Shown: in pieces, positions 62,301 through 64,000 of the stretch
Position numbering within the stretch: the first letter of the stretch is position 1
How the letters are laid out: every line of letters begins with the position of its first letter
Assembly: GCA_002633005.1 (NCBI GenBank)
Contig: NMRA01000185.1
Coordinates: 403,921 to 467,920 of the forward strand
Reading direction: 5' to 3'
DNA from: Phoronis australis
Taxonomy: Eukaryota; Animalia; Phoronida
DNA: 64,000 nt
Translations under genes and position numbers: made by a program
Notes under the pieces: generated by a model
What the model was told of the DNA's origin: nothing
Databases searched by the model: none
The model's input: only the letters and a program-made list of their open reading frames with translations

Positions 62301-63602
62301 AACTGCGCAAGTGCTTCAACTGATAATTTTCTCCTTGTCATCAGCTTTCTGGGTCACATGGGCACAAGATGATAGGCCAAAGCTGCCCTAACCTCCCATC
62401 ATATTTTCCACAAAGCTCACCAAAAAAATTCACTGTAAAGTTCCAGGAATGCAGTGTGATTTTGCTAAATATCAAATATGTGATTTTGTTGAATATCTAA
62501 TGTTTAAAACCATGCACCATCTTAACGTATTATTAAAGGTGCACTCCACTGCAGTTTAGATATAAATGTTAAATTTTTAACTGAAGTGCTTCCGGGTTTA
62601 AAACCAATACCATGCTCATGGTTTATTGCCTTTAAGCCACTGCTCTATTCCACATAATAGAACATTAGATCGGATTCTCTGAAAAACAGTCTTCTTGACA
62701 ACGGCAGGAATTGTCAAAATCTAGTGATAAAGTACAAGGTGCCATGAAATGGGGCGAGTTCCATTTTCCATTTCTTAACCAACTAAACAGGACAACTGCA
62801 GCCTTAAATTATACACAAGCGTAACTTCACGGTGATTCTTGTATACTAAACGATCCGCTCGCTCATCAACAGGTTCTAGCTCCTCATTAGGTTCTTATTC
62901 AACAGTTGAATTTGCATCGTTATCAATCAAGCATTCTTTGCGATCACTGAAAGGGTCAAAATGCCTATTCCGGTGTCAACAGAACTTCTCTCTTTAAAAT
63001 AATGTGTGAATTCTCATACAATCCAGCATTTCAATTTGTCACAGATGGGCTTGAGAAGGCTATTCAGAGGCCATTTACCCTTGAACAAACTGAGGATGGG
63101 CAACTACTTTGGGTTTCCCCCGCAAAGCTTTTGATAACAATTCAAGTTAAAACAACTACCTCACACCTTAAATCACAGCCTCGCTCAGGATTCAGTTCAT
63201 TAAAACTAAATTAAACGATAAATATTGCAATATTACTCAAACGAAATTTCAATATAATTTGAGAGGTGTGGATGTGAGTTTGAGGTGAATATTTTATTAG
63301 AAACTCAGTCAGTTTTACAGCACCTTGCATAATTTTGTCAACATACAGGGATCTACTAGGTCCTTTTTGTGAGGAACAGAGCGGTTACCTCTTTAGTGAC
63401 CAGATAACAACAGTAAACACTGACTAAAATGACTCTCTGACACATCATGGGCTAAGACTGCTGATTTTTTTACTGTTGAGAATCCAATATTGAATTCCTT
63501 GTGAAAAAAAAAGGTTAGGTCACTTTTCACCTCAAGAAATACAAATTAGCCAAAATAGATCCATTAGGTTCCAGTCCTCTGGTAATCCAAGAGAGTGGAG
63601 CT

Positions 63603-64000
63603 CAGGGCTTGGAATGACCAATGACAAAAAACGCGGAAACTTTTACGGCCCAAATCATGCCCGATAACCAGTCTTGAAATGGTCAATGTTAACCTTTCCG
63701 CGACAAAAATCGGGAGGACTAAAAAAAAAAATAAATAAAAAAAAAACGTTACCACCATCAGTAGCATGCATCTGCGTCCTTTTCGCTCGCCCGTCCACTC
63801 CCAACCCACACAAATTTGGCTGCAGAGCGGTAGTATTTGTCGCCGCGCTTAACAATAACACCACACCCAGATGCCCCGGCATAGAGCAACTTCCGCTTTC
63901 CGAGGTGAACGTCGTCTGCAACGCCGCGGTAAGAAAGGAATTTGCCTCGGAAATTTCATATCAAATCCAATTTTTTTACGCGGAAATATTATAAAAAAAA
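63603..64000. mobile_element. Left end of a longer family-A element running off the window
   Basis: cagggcttggaatgaccaatgacaaaaaa is the reverse complement of the copy-2 right end; followed by unrelated CpG-rich sequence; no closing TIR in the window. Confidence 0.6.

Noticed and set aside
63674-63994. 106-aa ORF at the right edge
   Set aside because: Runs through A-tracts inside a TIR-bounded element end; no recognisable motif.

Overview
Eukaryotic (animal, probably marine invertebrate bilaterian) genomic DNA, so the ORF track is mostly spurious or captures single exons. Two spliced genes on the + strand can be reconstructed by hand: OTUD5/DUBA (10 coding exons, 2112-16867, about 503 aa) and, about 6 kb downstream in the same orientation, a PIM-family Ser/Thr kinase (6 coding exons, 313 aa, ending 27466). 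This is the same order and orientation as human OTUD5-PIM2 on Xp11.23. Notable details are two alternative 70-nt first coding exons for PIM, a PIM 3'UTR dense in miR-33/let-7/miR-29/miR-124 seed sites plus AU-rich and Pumilio elements, STAT sites in PIM introns, a GC-AG intron in OTUD5, and an OTUD5 exon whose acceptor and donor are each tandemly multiplied. I found no recognisable protein gene in 28.2-64 kb. That region holds a CpG-rich block (about 28.6-34.4 kb), a putative spliced minus-strand non-coding transcript, a Helentron/HINE-like element with five CTCF-like motifs, a CAGGG MITE family with 6-bp TSDs, other MITEs, an RTE LINE remnant and minisatellites. There is no CRISPR or other prokaryotic system. 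All calls are by eye; no searches were run.
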